NCBI RefSeq assembly: GCF_009914755.1
Contig: NC_060928.1
Source of the DNA: the human T2T-CHM13v2.0 reference genome, Homo sapiens
Reading direction: 5' to 3' (one strand)
Length of the DNA stretch: 64,000 bases
Shown here: positions 1-12,249 of the stretch, one piece after another
How the letters are laid out: every line of letters starts with the position of its first letter
Numbering within the stretch: position 1 is the stretch's first letter
The notes under the pieces: model-generated
Database searches by the model: none
What the model saw: only the letters and a program-made list of their open reading frames with translations
Told to the model about the DNA's origin: nothing
Translations under genes and position numbers: made by a program

Positions 1-1748
1 AACAAATTATGATAGGTCAAAGTAGTAATTGAGTGACTTCAAGTATCAGTCTGTTGAAAATTACTCCCTGTACCAATTTTTCAAAGTCCAATACTGTGAA
101 AGACTCATGCCCCTTAAGATATTGCTACTGGCAATTACAATAAGATTATGTATTATTTGCCAAATCTGTTGTATATACTAAAATTGTCATGTCTGTGCTT
201 TATTTTTGGTAGTCTGGTGGGTGACAAAATGAATCAACAGAATAAGAAATTACACAATCAAGATTTGTTAAACTTTGCCTTGGATTATGGCCTCACTACA
301 TTTTACTAGAGTTGGCTCCTCTCCTTGTTCCATTTCTCACACTTGCAGATGAGATTGGCATTTTCCAATTGGTGACATATACAATAGGAAACAAATATTT
401 TAGGAAGGCATTCTTTCCTCTTTTTTAGGGAGAGTACTTGTTGTTTGACAGTCTCTTTATTCATTCTAAAGTCATATTAACCTTCCTTAGAAATTCTCAA
501 CCAAATTGAGATGCAAAAGAAAACTATGTGGCTATTTAACTTTCCTTTCAATTTACTTTCCAAAATGATCACCAAGATTGCAAAGAAGGCAAATAAATTT
601 GATCCAAATTAATTTATATTCTTCCTTTGTTAAAAAGAGAAAATCTATATTGCAACTTAAAGTTCTAGTCATTTAGATACACTCCACCCGGACCTCCTAA
701 TTATCTTTCAGCATATAAAGTTGGAAAACAATGTAGAAAATATCTTTGTTATGTCTAAGCAATTGTGGCAAGTTCATCAGCCCTAAAGCATATGGTAATT
801 TTCCTTTTGAATCAATAAGGCTTTCATTCTGAAGTTTCTCAATTGTTACTTTATCACTTAGATTGGAATATTTCTATAAAATTCAATAAAGTGCCACATA
901 ATCATCATTTATTTTGTACAAAAGTAATTTGTTTCATTAATTTCTGTTTATTGAAATGAACAAATGCATCTTTAATAATGGTGATGCTTTTTTATGATTT
1001 TATCAAGAAAATATTAAATTCACATCTCTGGAAATTTTACTAAACTAATAGATTATATGTTTGCAGCACAGTTTGTGTGGACCCATGGTATATAGCCCTT
1101 ATTATTATGAGAACTGAATGTATTATTTGAAAACTGTTTAGATTTTTGTTGTGGTTATTTTGATGTTTCCTGGTTCTTTAGAAAAGAGGTACTTTACTGC
1201 TTAAGTAAAGGGTGGGCAGAATAGGAAGTAGTTATTTCCCAAAAGTTTATTCTTATATGTGCTAATATTCAAATAAAACAAGTGCTTGGAAAAAAGAATA
1301 CCATTAATATAACGTGGCTATATTTCTGATAAATTTCATTAATCCAGGCTTCTCTGATCTACTGTACTATTAACATTGATAATCATGAGTAGGCTGTATT
1401 TTATTTAAATGCTCTGATTTTGACTAATCACATGACATTCCATAATTTTTATAAAGTGTAATAATACAAAAATGTTGGTTATCTCAGGAGCTCAGTTTTG
1501 GACAATTTCCAATACACTGCATAATTTGTATCACAAATATAAGTCTTCATCATGTGTGGTATATAGAGCATACATAGAAGATATGTTATATTCCTTAATA
1601 AGCCTAATTACATAATACCTTGGATTGGTTCAATAAAATAAACTCAAAGCCATGTAACTGAATACAAACTGAAATTAACAAATGAATAAACATCCATTAA
1701 AAATAAAACTTATCAATTATTGAAATAAAATTCTGAAGGGAAATAAGC

Positions 1749-1791
1749 ATATATATATATTTGTGTGTGTGTATGTGTATATATATATATT
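1749..1791. repeat. Compound (TA)n/(TG)n microsatellite in the 3'UTR
   Basis: atatatatatatttgtgtgtgtgtatgtgtatatatatatat. Confidence 0.9.
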
Positions 1792-2296
1792 TGTCATAAT
1801 TCCATTGCTGCCTTAGAGTCAAAATTTCTAGAACTGAGTCAAAATGGGAATGGTTACAACGGATTAACACTTAAGGGTGATGCTTCGTGCTATGTGCCTG
1901 GATTTAACAACATTAACAGAAGCCTGCACAGTTAAATCCTTCTACATCCTGCTGAAAATGTGCCCTTCGGTGTCAACTTTGCTTGACAAGATACTTTTCA
2001 GGACTCAGAAAGGTGAAATTTCTTACAGGGGTACAAGATTAATGGCTAGAAGAACTGCATTGTCACTGATATCACAAAATGTTTTTAAAAAGCCAAAGGG
2101 GATTTAGTCTTATACACATTTCCTTTTAGTGAATAAAGAGATTAGCTTTTGGACACATGAGAGGAAAAGAGACACAAGCTTGTGTTAAATTTTGTTTTAC
2201 TGCTTCCCTATTTCTCCTATTCATATTACATTCTGGAACACTTGCTCCTATATGTTGCTAAAATTGAAACACTATTAGAAATGCAAGCAGAATGGT

Positions 2297-2388
2297 AACA
2301 CACACATGTGCAAGCAAACACACACACAATTCCATCTTAAATCAGTTCCTGGGTATATTGCAAATTATACAGTATATACACATTTATT
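2297..2388 (-). terminator. Candidate proximal polyadenylation site
   Basis: Sense AATAAA (2388-2383) followed downstream by the GU-rich tract GTGTGTGTGTTTGCTTGCACATGTGTGTG. Confidence 0.4.
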
Positions 2389-3047
2389 ACCTAATAATCT
2401 CTAGAAGAGCAACTAAAAGTAAACTTTATAACACAAAAAATAAATATACACCCTGTATTGTACTTTTTCTTGATCAAGCAACATGTTTACACACTAGTTT
2501 CTATAACTTAACGCTGTGTAACAGCATTTTAAAATTACAAAAGAAGATATCTATTAAGAAATAATCTAATCATATTGCTCTTCAATACACTTTTGTAGAC
2601 AATTAAGACTTGAAGTAAACTTCAGTAAACTGTAGCTTTTGTTAGCTCACAAATGGCTATAAAACATTTCCTTTCAAGTAGATCCCTGGAAGTTTTGAAA
2701 GGGGTTGCCTTAATTCAGTCTATAAAAGTGCTATATAATTATATATTTCATGTACAAAATTTTGTAGAAGTAGTGGGAAGGATTCTGTTGTTGTAACTTA
2801 AGATGATGTCTAACTTCATGTCCCTTTTAATGCAAGATATGTTTGCTTCATGAAAAATGAAGACTAAGGACTAAGAACTGGATACTTCAGTAAAACCATG
2901 ATTACAAATTCTGTGGCTGAGGCAAATGTTTTCTAAGGTTTAGAAATCACTGTTTTCCCTTTTCCCCCTTTTTTTTGTTAAAATAAATCTCAGTGCTGTT
3001 TACAAAGTGCAGAATCATTCACTTGAAGAAGCGACATTTACATGAAG

Positions 3048-3153
3048 TTACAATGGCACCATTCCGTTTACCAGCTGCACCTTCATTTCTTGAAGGCTGT
3101 TCATGATCTTCTTCTGGTGACCGACAAGAGTCACTCCAAGCCGTCTCAAATCC
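3048..3153 (-). CDS. EPHA5: EPHA5 terminal exon, coding part: [37 protein letters not shown] end plus PDZ-type C-terminal motif
   Basis: cttcatgcag|GGATTTGAGA; TAA at 3050-3048; frame continuous with the upstream exon. Confidence 0.97.
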
Positions 3154-4698
3154 CTGCATGAAGAAAGCACACATTGGATGTATTGATTCAATTTGTAGCA
3201 CACCTCAATATTTCATGTTGGCAAAGGGGCAAACATAGTGCAGACACTAGTTAGATTACAGTCCTAATTTAGACATACAGAGTCTAGTTTTTAAAGGTTA
3301 GGCTCTAAAATTATACCTCCAAAATCTGTTAGTAGTCAAAAAATATTTATAATGAGGAATGATATAATACATATTTGCTCTCATTTGTGGACATCACTAT
3401 TTTAGTGGTGCAGAGTGGTGATAAAACAAATTTGCACATTATTACCAATAAAGAGTTAACAGGTACAATTTCATTGAAAAGTTTTGAAACTGCAGATTTA
3501 CAATATTCATAAGCACTTATTTTTGCTAAAAGAAGCTTGAAATAGACTTTTAATATTTTATAGCTAAGCAGTTGAAAACCAAAGTCATAAAATGACTCAT
3601 TCTATACAGTAATTTTATATAACAGATATCTTTAGGAGATAATCACCACTACATTGCTTTTATAACAATGTTTTACTTTTTTTTTTTTTTTTTTACTTTA
3701 TACTGAAAGTACCAGAATTTTTTTTTAATCAAATAACATCCAAGCTCTACTGGCACTTAGAGCATGCTGAATATTACATGCTTTCAGAACACTTTTCAAT
3801 CAAGATACTTCTGTGCATTTTTTTCAACATGCTTATTATTCAAAATAAAATTACAAATATTTAGATTTCTAAACTAACAACATATTATGGAGCTCAAGAC
3901 AAGTGGCCATGGTTTTTCAACGTTCTTTTACAGGATGTTTAGGAATGCTATTCCCCTAAAGTATGTATTTGTCAGATATGTTTGGCAAATGATAAGCATT
4001 AATTATAGGAAAAAATAAACATGAACAATTCAAAATCCTAAATGACAAAGATGTTTGCCATGTTAGATTTCTCAAGGTAATTACCTTATTGAACACATTA
4101 TGTGAAAAGTGGAATCTTTTTCCATTCAGTGTGTGTTTTAATTCAAGATTTTCTTAGAGTTCTATTGAATTAATGACATTAGACATTAGAATAATCACAG
4201 GTAGAAACTGAATAGTTTTAATTGTTCTTTGAATTCAAAGAAACTCTTAATTATCAGAGAATAGAAATTAAAGGATGCTAAGGCTCTGTGTATATTCGTA
4301 TTGGAAATATTTTTTTCCAAAATAGTATTTTAGTTTTCTTTTCCCTTTATGGTTTCTTGATTTCTTATGACAGTTTTAGGAAATGGCAAGCAGCTACCCC
4401 CCCAAAAAAAATGCTATTGATATTTGTGATGGAAACATATTTGTTTTTTAGATTGTGAATATTAAACAGTAAGCTTAAAAATTACTACAACTAAAAGGCA
4501 CCAGATTGGAATATAAAAATAATAATAGCGGTAGAGAGAGCATGGAAGACAATCCTCAGGGAAACTTAAAATTAGTAAAATTAGCTTTGAAACAAAATCA
4601 TTATTATTAATAATGGAATAGACTACAAGCTAGCTAATTACAGACCAAACGAGGAATATAAGAGACATGAGTCTAATCTTGTCTCTTTTCAACTAAAC

Positions 4699-4934
4699 CA
4701 GAGTTTCTCAGCCTTGAACCTGTTAACATTATAGGCTGGATAATTCTTTGGCTGGATAATTCTTTGTTGTAGAGGTGCTGTCTTATGCATCGTAGAATAT
4801 TCGGCTGCATCCTTGGCCTCTGCCCACTATATACCAGAAGCACTGCAGCACCACCAGCCCTTCATTTTTACAAGATAAATTGTCATTGTCAATTTCCCCT
4901 TAGTGACAAAATCTCTCCTGGTTGAGAATCATTG
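4699..4934 (-). mobile_element. MER20 (hAT-Charlie) non-autonomous DNA transposon
   Basis: Termini cagagtttctca...gttgagaatcattg; internal ggataattctttgttgt...gcatccttggcctctgcccacta match the MER20 consensus in reverse. Confidence 0.85.
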
Positions 4935-4935
4935 A

Positions 4936-4998
4936 GATATATATATCTCATATATATATATATCTCATATATATATGTATATATATGTATATATATAT
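4936..4998. repeat. (TA)n-rich microsatellite
   Basis: Direct reading. Confidence 0.9.
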
Positions 4999-5104
4999 TC
5001 ACACATATAAATTGGTGACACTTTATAAACATATTTACACACCAATTTAGACACATATAAATTGGTGACATTTAATAGACATACATCCTGTATGCTAGAA
5101 ATAT

Positions 5105-5270
5105 CAATAACCCTATGATACAGATTTTTAAATTTCCTTTTATGGATGAGGAAACAAAGGCTTAGATAATTTGAATTACTTAGCTATAAAACACAGCCAA
5201 ATGGGTAACCAAGTTAGGGCTAATATCAGGTACCTGAAAACCAAGTCTATACTTTTAATTTATCATTATT
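5105..5270 (-). mobile_element. MIR fragment
   Basis: ttttatggatgaggaaacaaaggcttaga resembles the MIR core. Confidence 0.55.
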
Positions 5271-8200
5271 CTAAGAGATGATTTTAAGTAAAGCACTCCA
5301 AATTATATGCAGTAATTTATTCATCTATAAAATGAGAACCCTGTAAATGTAATTTAAAATGTCCAAAATTCTAAAAGAAAATGTCTAATGAAGGGAATGA
5401 AACACATACTTTGCCTGAGGCTATGGTCACCAAATCTGACCATAGTAGTTTCTGTTATGCACTAATATTCTCGTGTTTCCACATGTAAATTATTAATTAT
5501 AAAGAATTATGTAGATGTGCATATTCATGGGTGTTCACTAGCAAACTGGATCACAGCCAAGAGAAAAAGGATGAAAATTTTTCCTAAACTGAAAACTGTC
5601 TCTGCTGGATAATTTAATTAGGACTAGAAACAAAGTTTTAAAACATGTGTTTTATCATATGTTTTATAAACCCATAAGAAATACTGATGAATCCAGATTG
5701 GGAAATATGGTTGTAATAATATATATGCTTAAATTGCATAATTCATGATTGCTATGTTAATTATTAGGAATTATTAGGAATGAGCCTTTGAAAATAACCA
5801 TTATTATTTATTTTGAATGATCTGAAAGAATTTATAAGTTCTCTTTCAAACATGGAATTTATACAATCACAAAACTTAAATTTGAAGCATGTATGGGTTC
5901 CATATTCCAAATCTTGGTTTTGTCTAAAGGATATCAAATCACTAATAACTTATTTTTATTTCTACTGTCTTAACTTGTTATATTAGATAAAAATATAATT
6001 TAATCTTCTGGCTATGACTTGAGAACATGAAAGACTCTAGCTCCCTCAATGTTTCGGTAGTTTAAATTTTTCATGATAACTATATCATACTAAAGAATTA
6101 TGAGAAATTTTATTTGATTAATAAATGTGGGTATTGTTTGAGTTTATTGAAAAATGAAATCTGTACTTTGTCAGAACATTTCATACTTACAGATTTTAAG
6201 TTAAATTTGTTTGAATTTTAACAGTGAACTAGGGATAAAATTTTATTTCAAGAACAATTTATTATCTGATTATCCCTTGAGATGAATGTCAAAGGGCACA
6301 CCAGTGAAATTATCTTTCTCCTCTTCCTTTTACTTCTCTCTTGCCTTTCCATCTCATCCTAAACCCATCTCCCCAGCGGAGAAATGGAATTACAGAAACA
6401 AAACACTGAATTTTAAGTACTGCCACAAATGATGTTTTCTCCCATGAAATTCTGTTGTTTTTCTTTAAATCTGACCTATCATTTCAAAAACTGTCAAATT
6501 AAGGTGAAGAGATTTAGAAGATAGGATAACTATAATAATGCATGCAACGTACATGTACCTTTATACATGTGATTTTCAGTGAAAACATGGATAAATAAGA
6601 TGATTTATGCAAGTTAAAATTGTTCTCAGCAACTAAGTAGTTTCTTTTGAAATGCATCTTAATATTTTTTAATAACACTACAGATGAGAATTAACACAGT
6701 ATTAGAAAATGTTTATAGTAAAGGTTAAATAACTGTTCAAATATTACTAAACATTTTAAGGTATTTTCTTCTAAGTAGTTTAGTCTCACATTTCTTATTT
6801 CCAATAATTCCCATTTTACTACCTAAACCACATATTAAATGGTCATCTTAGCAGTAATTACATAAATTTGATGAAAATAAAATATAAGAATGATATTGCT
6901 GCCCTATGTACAATAATTTTTGAAAAATAATTTGGAAATGGTACAAGGTATGCATTTTTTAATTTCACTTTTCTAAGTAGAAAATTTTATAGCTACACAA
7001 TGTCTTAAGTATGTTCCCATTATAAGTATGACACAAATTTTATCATGATCATGCATAATCTTAAGTAATACCGAAGGTCAATTCTAGTGATAACGAATTA
7101 TATTTTGATATAGGCCTATGAATCTAAACATGACGAGACTAGCATTGTTACATAAACATAGTTTGGATTTTGTTGACAAAATTGACTACTTTTAGAAAAG
7201 CTTCAAATGTTATGAACTGTCATTGTTGGGTTTACATTTCAGTATTTTTTCAAACATTATTCAATAATATTAAACAATGGAAAAACACTGATATTAATGA
7301 TGCTAAAATGGCAGAATGAAAATAGAGTAATAAAAAGTATATAGTTGATGTTGGAACCAACTCTTAATTATTCAGGCTTAAATTAATCTATCTACAGATG
7401 ATTCATTCTCTTCCTCATTCTTCTCCCTTCTACTTTACACACCTTTTAGCCGTATCACTGGTACTTAGCCCCAACCAACATTGGCTGGATAGGAGAAGGG
7501 AGAAGACAGATTAATGAATATTCCCCAAACTTCAATATTTATTGCTTTTGTCAGAGTTTTATCATGCAGTTGTATGTTTGTCATTTTTTTTTTGTTAACT
7601 TTGCAGAACCCTAACAATCAATGATATAGACATTGTACAGGATAAATGTATTACTTTTGGCAAGAAGAGATTTAACCATGGTCTGTTAATGGTTCTCAAT
7701 GGAAGAGATGTTGTCAGGGCTAGAACACAGAGGACTGTAGGTACTCCTATGTGTACTTTAAGGGTATAATAAATCATGCATAATGATTTATTGATAAGTT
7801 AATAAAACTATTTCAATTAATCTGTAAAGATTTTGCCTCTGGATTTTGAAAACTTTCATTTTATTAGTTTAAGATTCTATTCCAGTAACTGATGATAACA
7901 GGAACCTCTTCAGCTGACACACAATTGGTATAATATTTAAATTGATTGGATTTTGCTCATTTTCTGAATAACCAAAGGCTGACAGTACTGATACGAAAAT
8001 AAGTTTAAAAAGTAGCTGTGATTCTGTCCTTAACTGAAATGTTTGGATTCAATTTTCAACTCACCTCAAGCTCACAATTATCCCTGTTGACAATAACCCA
8101 CTGCACTTATACAAGATGAGATAGTTTGCACCATTACTGCCACAATTGTTTTCATATAAATACTGAACACAGAATAGAAAGGTTTAGGCACAAACAGTAG

Positions 8201-10529
8201 CAGACAAACACATCTAAGATTGAAAGCCACTTTCATGAATATGCTTTGACTCTCAGACCTCTAAGTTCTTCATTACCTTTCAATATTTAGCTATACATGC
8301 ACGTACTGGCAACAATCCATATACAAGTGAAGTTAAACCTTTGTGATGGAGATTTTTAACCAAAATATGTCATTCTGAAAATTTTATATTTATTCTTTTT
8401 TTCTAAACCCACTATGAAAACAAATTTGATGCCACAAATTACAATGTAGTTTTTAAATATGGCAGTTGGACTATTCGCTTTATATTAATTGATTTTCACA
8501 TTTTTCCTAAGTATTTACAACAGTTATGAATGTATTCTTCCATTCTCAGCTTCTACTATCTTCTGACAATAACTCTAAGAATTATATTTTATTATTTTAT
8601 TATACAGCCTTCATAAAATTAATACTTAGGTATGGGGTAAAGACTATGCGTGAAAAATCAGTATCAAGGTATTTTGAGAGCTGGCCTATTTCTTTTGCTG
8701 ATAATCCCGTCTCCTTTGCCATTAGTCCTTAGCAATGACTGACTTTTTTTTTTTTTTGGAAGAAGAGTAGGCAAAATGAACAGATGAACTTTTAAAAAAA
8801 TTTTTTTGACCAAGAAAGTAACTGATTACTTGAGTTACTTAACATAATGTTTTGATAAATGTTCTTACAGTTGAAAAAAATGTAGTCGAAAGCACAGAAA
8901 ACAAAGTGGCATGTAGTTAAATTTAAAGGGCCTGGAGTTGCCCCAAAAACCAGCTTTCTTGGAGTTATGATCTGCTGGCCCAATTACTGGTAAGAAATGT
9001 ATTAATGATTATGACCCCCAGGAATTTGGAGCAGTTACTATAGACAGACCAATACTTTCTGAATGGGAAAATGCTGGTAAGTCTCCCAATGTAACTTTAC
9101 TCTTCTGGTCAGAGTAAATGAATTAAAAGACAAATGTTTGAATAAAGGCAATCTAGCAAGAGGCCATAAGCTGGAGAAGAATCATTATGAGAAGACATAA
9201 GAGGTTATTAGGGCTTGAAAGAAAACAAAAACTAAAGAGCATTTGGGGATAGAGGAGCAGATAGGAAAGAAATAGAAAAAAAAGGAATAAGAAAAATGTG
9301 AAACTATAATGCTAAAATATTCAACATATTTATAGTATTTTGGGACCCCAAAGATATAAGTAAAACACAAGTAGCTAATGCAAAAACTATAATTTGTAAT
9401 TATAACTATTTTTTGAAGGAAGAAGCAAAAATGTAGTAGATGTAACTATATACAGAAAATGTGCTATTTTAATAACAAAAGAGACATTGTTTAATGCAAA
9501 TAATTTTATTATATATTTACAAGTAATCTGACATTGGGTAGAAGAAATACCTACAATATCATTTTAATATAAAATGACAAATGACTTTAATAAATTAAAA
9601 TGACCATTTTTACTGAAAAATTAAATAGCAATCATGTAAAAATAGTTTTAAATTATCAGTAAATTTTTCAGTATACCAGTTTAAATATAGCACAAATGGG
9701 TTCCTTGAGTGTCCAAAGAAATAATGGACAAAGCATATGTGTTATCAAGTAGATATGATCTGGTGGACCGTGAGAATGAGATTCAGTAAATTTAGAAAGC
9801 AAGCTGAGTGGTTGGTTTCAGGTCCTTTTAGTTATCGGTATGAAGGAAGAGAATGCTGAGAATGTGACATTAATTGGTGATAAATGGTGGTACCCTGTTA
9901 CCTTCTGTGGGGAGGAACAGTGAATTCAATGAATCAAAGAATGTCAGAATAATAGAGATGGGTGAGCAAGAACTGCTCAATGTTCATATCATGTGTACAA
10001 ATAAAATAACAACTATGGTTTAGTGCTTCAGAATATTCTACCATTTTCTAAACCTTACAATATTTTAACCTTTGAATTGGCAGGTAATTTGAAGTAAGTT
10101 ATCATTATATTCACAGGTTAAAACATTAATGTTAATGTAATCTAGATGGAACCACCATAAAGACAGTTAATTTTCACAAATAACAATTAGGCTAAAACAA
10201 CCACATGTACAGAGTATATAATAAAATACAAACAACTTACAACCTTAAAGAACTTAATATTTAACTCTAGTGATTTTTATTTAATAAGGTTTGATAAATT
10301 TTATCTTAAACGTGCAAACAGAAAAGGGCACAATTGGTTCCACTGAGATTGTACCAAATAACAAATCAGAGGCGGGATCTGATACATCCTTAGATTGAAA
10401 GAATGTAAGGTGCACCATTTAGAAATTAAATGAGATCCTGCCAGGGAAGCTTTGTTTAAGCTACTGTTACCTTGATATTCATCGTAGAGAGCCAAAATGT
10501 ACAAATATGTTTGGTCCTTATGTAGGACT

Positions 10530-10574
10530 AGCCACACCAATTGTGCTTACAGTTTATTTTGTTTTGTATTTACA
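10530..10574 (-). terminator. Candidate intronic polyadenylation site for an alternative last exon
   Basis: Sense TGTAAATACAAAACAAAATAAACTGTAAGCAC: UGUA element, then AATAAA at 10558-10553, about 345 nt after the read-through stop. Confidence 0.5.
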
Positions 10575-10904
10575 TTCATATAACATAGATACCAGTATAA
10601 AAAAACTTGTCAAGAAAACATCTTTTCCACAACACAAAACACCAGTATTTTGCCAAGGAGCTGTTATTCCAATTATTCAAGTATGCCAATGTTATTTGTT
10701 TGAAGCAAAGAAGCAAAGATACTGGCCACATGTAGCATTAACCATGCAGTTGTTAACAATACAGGCTAAAGATGATGAGGCTTCTTTGAGAGCTGCCACA
10801 CATCCGCAAAGGTTAACTGATTTCCCTTACCTCATCCAGATTGGTTTTTGAACAATTTTTCTTGCCCCAGCAATTATGTAAAAATTATCAGAAAAATTAC
10901 TCAC

Positions 10905-11060
10905 TCCAAGGTCACCTGAGCCACAGCGTCCATTGAACTGTATCCATTTTCCATGAAAATCTCTGTATACCGGCCCATCTTGATTGCCTCTAGCCATTCA
11001 CCTACTGATCTGTAGGCCCCAGATCCTAGTGGGCTATGTTCTGCCAATAAATTAGATACT
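10905..11060 (-). CDS. EPHA5: EPHA5 penultimate exon (approx. 17): RVSNLLAEH...[38 protein letters not shown]-terminal part
   Basis: tgttttag|AGTATCTAAT ... ACCTTGGA|gtgagt; 156 nt. Confidence 0.96.
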
Positions 11061-11344
11061 CTAAAACACATAAAACATAAATATTAAAAGTTACAATTTA
11101 ATTCTTTTATAACAAAGTTTACTATAATGTTAACTCATATTCAATGGATCTTTGAGTCTGTAAGTATATTTATAGAGGAAAAATATGCAAATGCTAATAT
11201 GGAAGAAAATAATTTAAAATACAGGAGAACACAAAATCAGTCTACTGAGATTATTTTATCCATAATTAATGAAGACTTAACATGAAGACTTACTAATAAG
11301 TAAATTTTATGTAAAACAAAACAATAGCTAAAAATTTTATTGAG

Positions 11345-11666
11345 TACTAATAGATGAACACAGAATTTTTAGGACAATAAAACCACTCTGTATAATAGTA
11401 TAATGGTGGACACATTTGTCCAAATCTGTAAAATGTACACAACCAACAGTGAACTCTAATGTAAACTATGGGCCGTGGCTGATAGAAATACAGGTTCATC
11501 AACGGTAATAAATGTGTCATTCTGGCGGTTGATGCTGGTAATGGGGTGGTGGGGGGTGGGGGAAGGCTACATATGTGTAGGGTAAGGAGTACGTGGGAGA
11601 TCTCTGCACCTTCCACTCAATTTTGCTGTAAACATAATATTTCTCTAAAAATCAGTCTACTAAAAT
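11345..11666 (+). mobile_element. L1MC-type 3' end fragment
   Basis: gtgaactctaatgtaaactatgg...gagatctctgcaccttccactcaattttgctgtaaac is typical of L1MC 3'UTRs. Confidence 0.8.
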
Positions 11667-12249
11667 TTGTCATGTAGTGATTTAGATATACTACTCTTTG
11701 TTTATGAAGGTAAGAAAAATGCTACCCACTATAGCTATGTGGGATAATTTGTGCAAAGCCAATCGATTTTTCCTAGAGGAACTTATCGACTTCCTAGAGG
11801 AACTTATGCTCATTTAAGTAAATTTATCTGGAAGTTAAGAAACTATTTATTCTTTATTTTACACTTTTACATAGAGTGTTTCTTAATACACCGAGGAGTG
11901 GTAGATCATGAAAAACAAAATGTAACCCCAAATACAAAACAAAACTTAATAGAATCAACTAAATCAATAGACACTTTTAATGACACTACGTTCATATTCT
12001 TTGGACAATAATAATAATGATATAATGATGATGATGACTTTTAGAAATGTATCTTAAGGGAATAATCAGAAAAAAATGGCAAAAGGAAACTAAATATTAA
12101 AAATAATTTACATGCCCATTATGTAAATTTACATAATTTACATGTGAAATTTACTTAAGTAAATTGCAACTATAAGAAAAAGGACACAAATACCTTTCTC
12201 TCTACTCAGGTTCTCTCTACTTTCTCACATTCCATTTACCCTTGAGTAT

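Larger units (their letters stand above)
1..3047 (-). other. EPHA5: EPHA5 long 3'UTR, probably continuing past position 1
   Basis: Follows the stop codon; no recognisable transposons; AU-rich with minus-strand AATAAA at 2383-2388, 1400-1405, 1246-1251, 947-952, 908-913, 456-461 and 199-204. Confidence 0.8.

Noticed and set aside
3019-3201. 60-aa minus-strand ORF over the last exon
   Set aside because: Different frame from the EPHA5 CDS and starts in the intron.
10507-10851. 114-aa antisense ORF, and likewise 42769..43134 and 19322..19696
   Set aside because: No recognisable domain; lengths are compatible with chance in 64 kb.
11543-11566. G-rich run as a G-quadruplex
   Set aside because: Only three separated G3+ tracts, inside an old L1 3'UTR.
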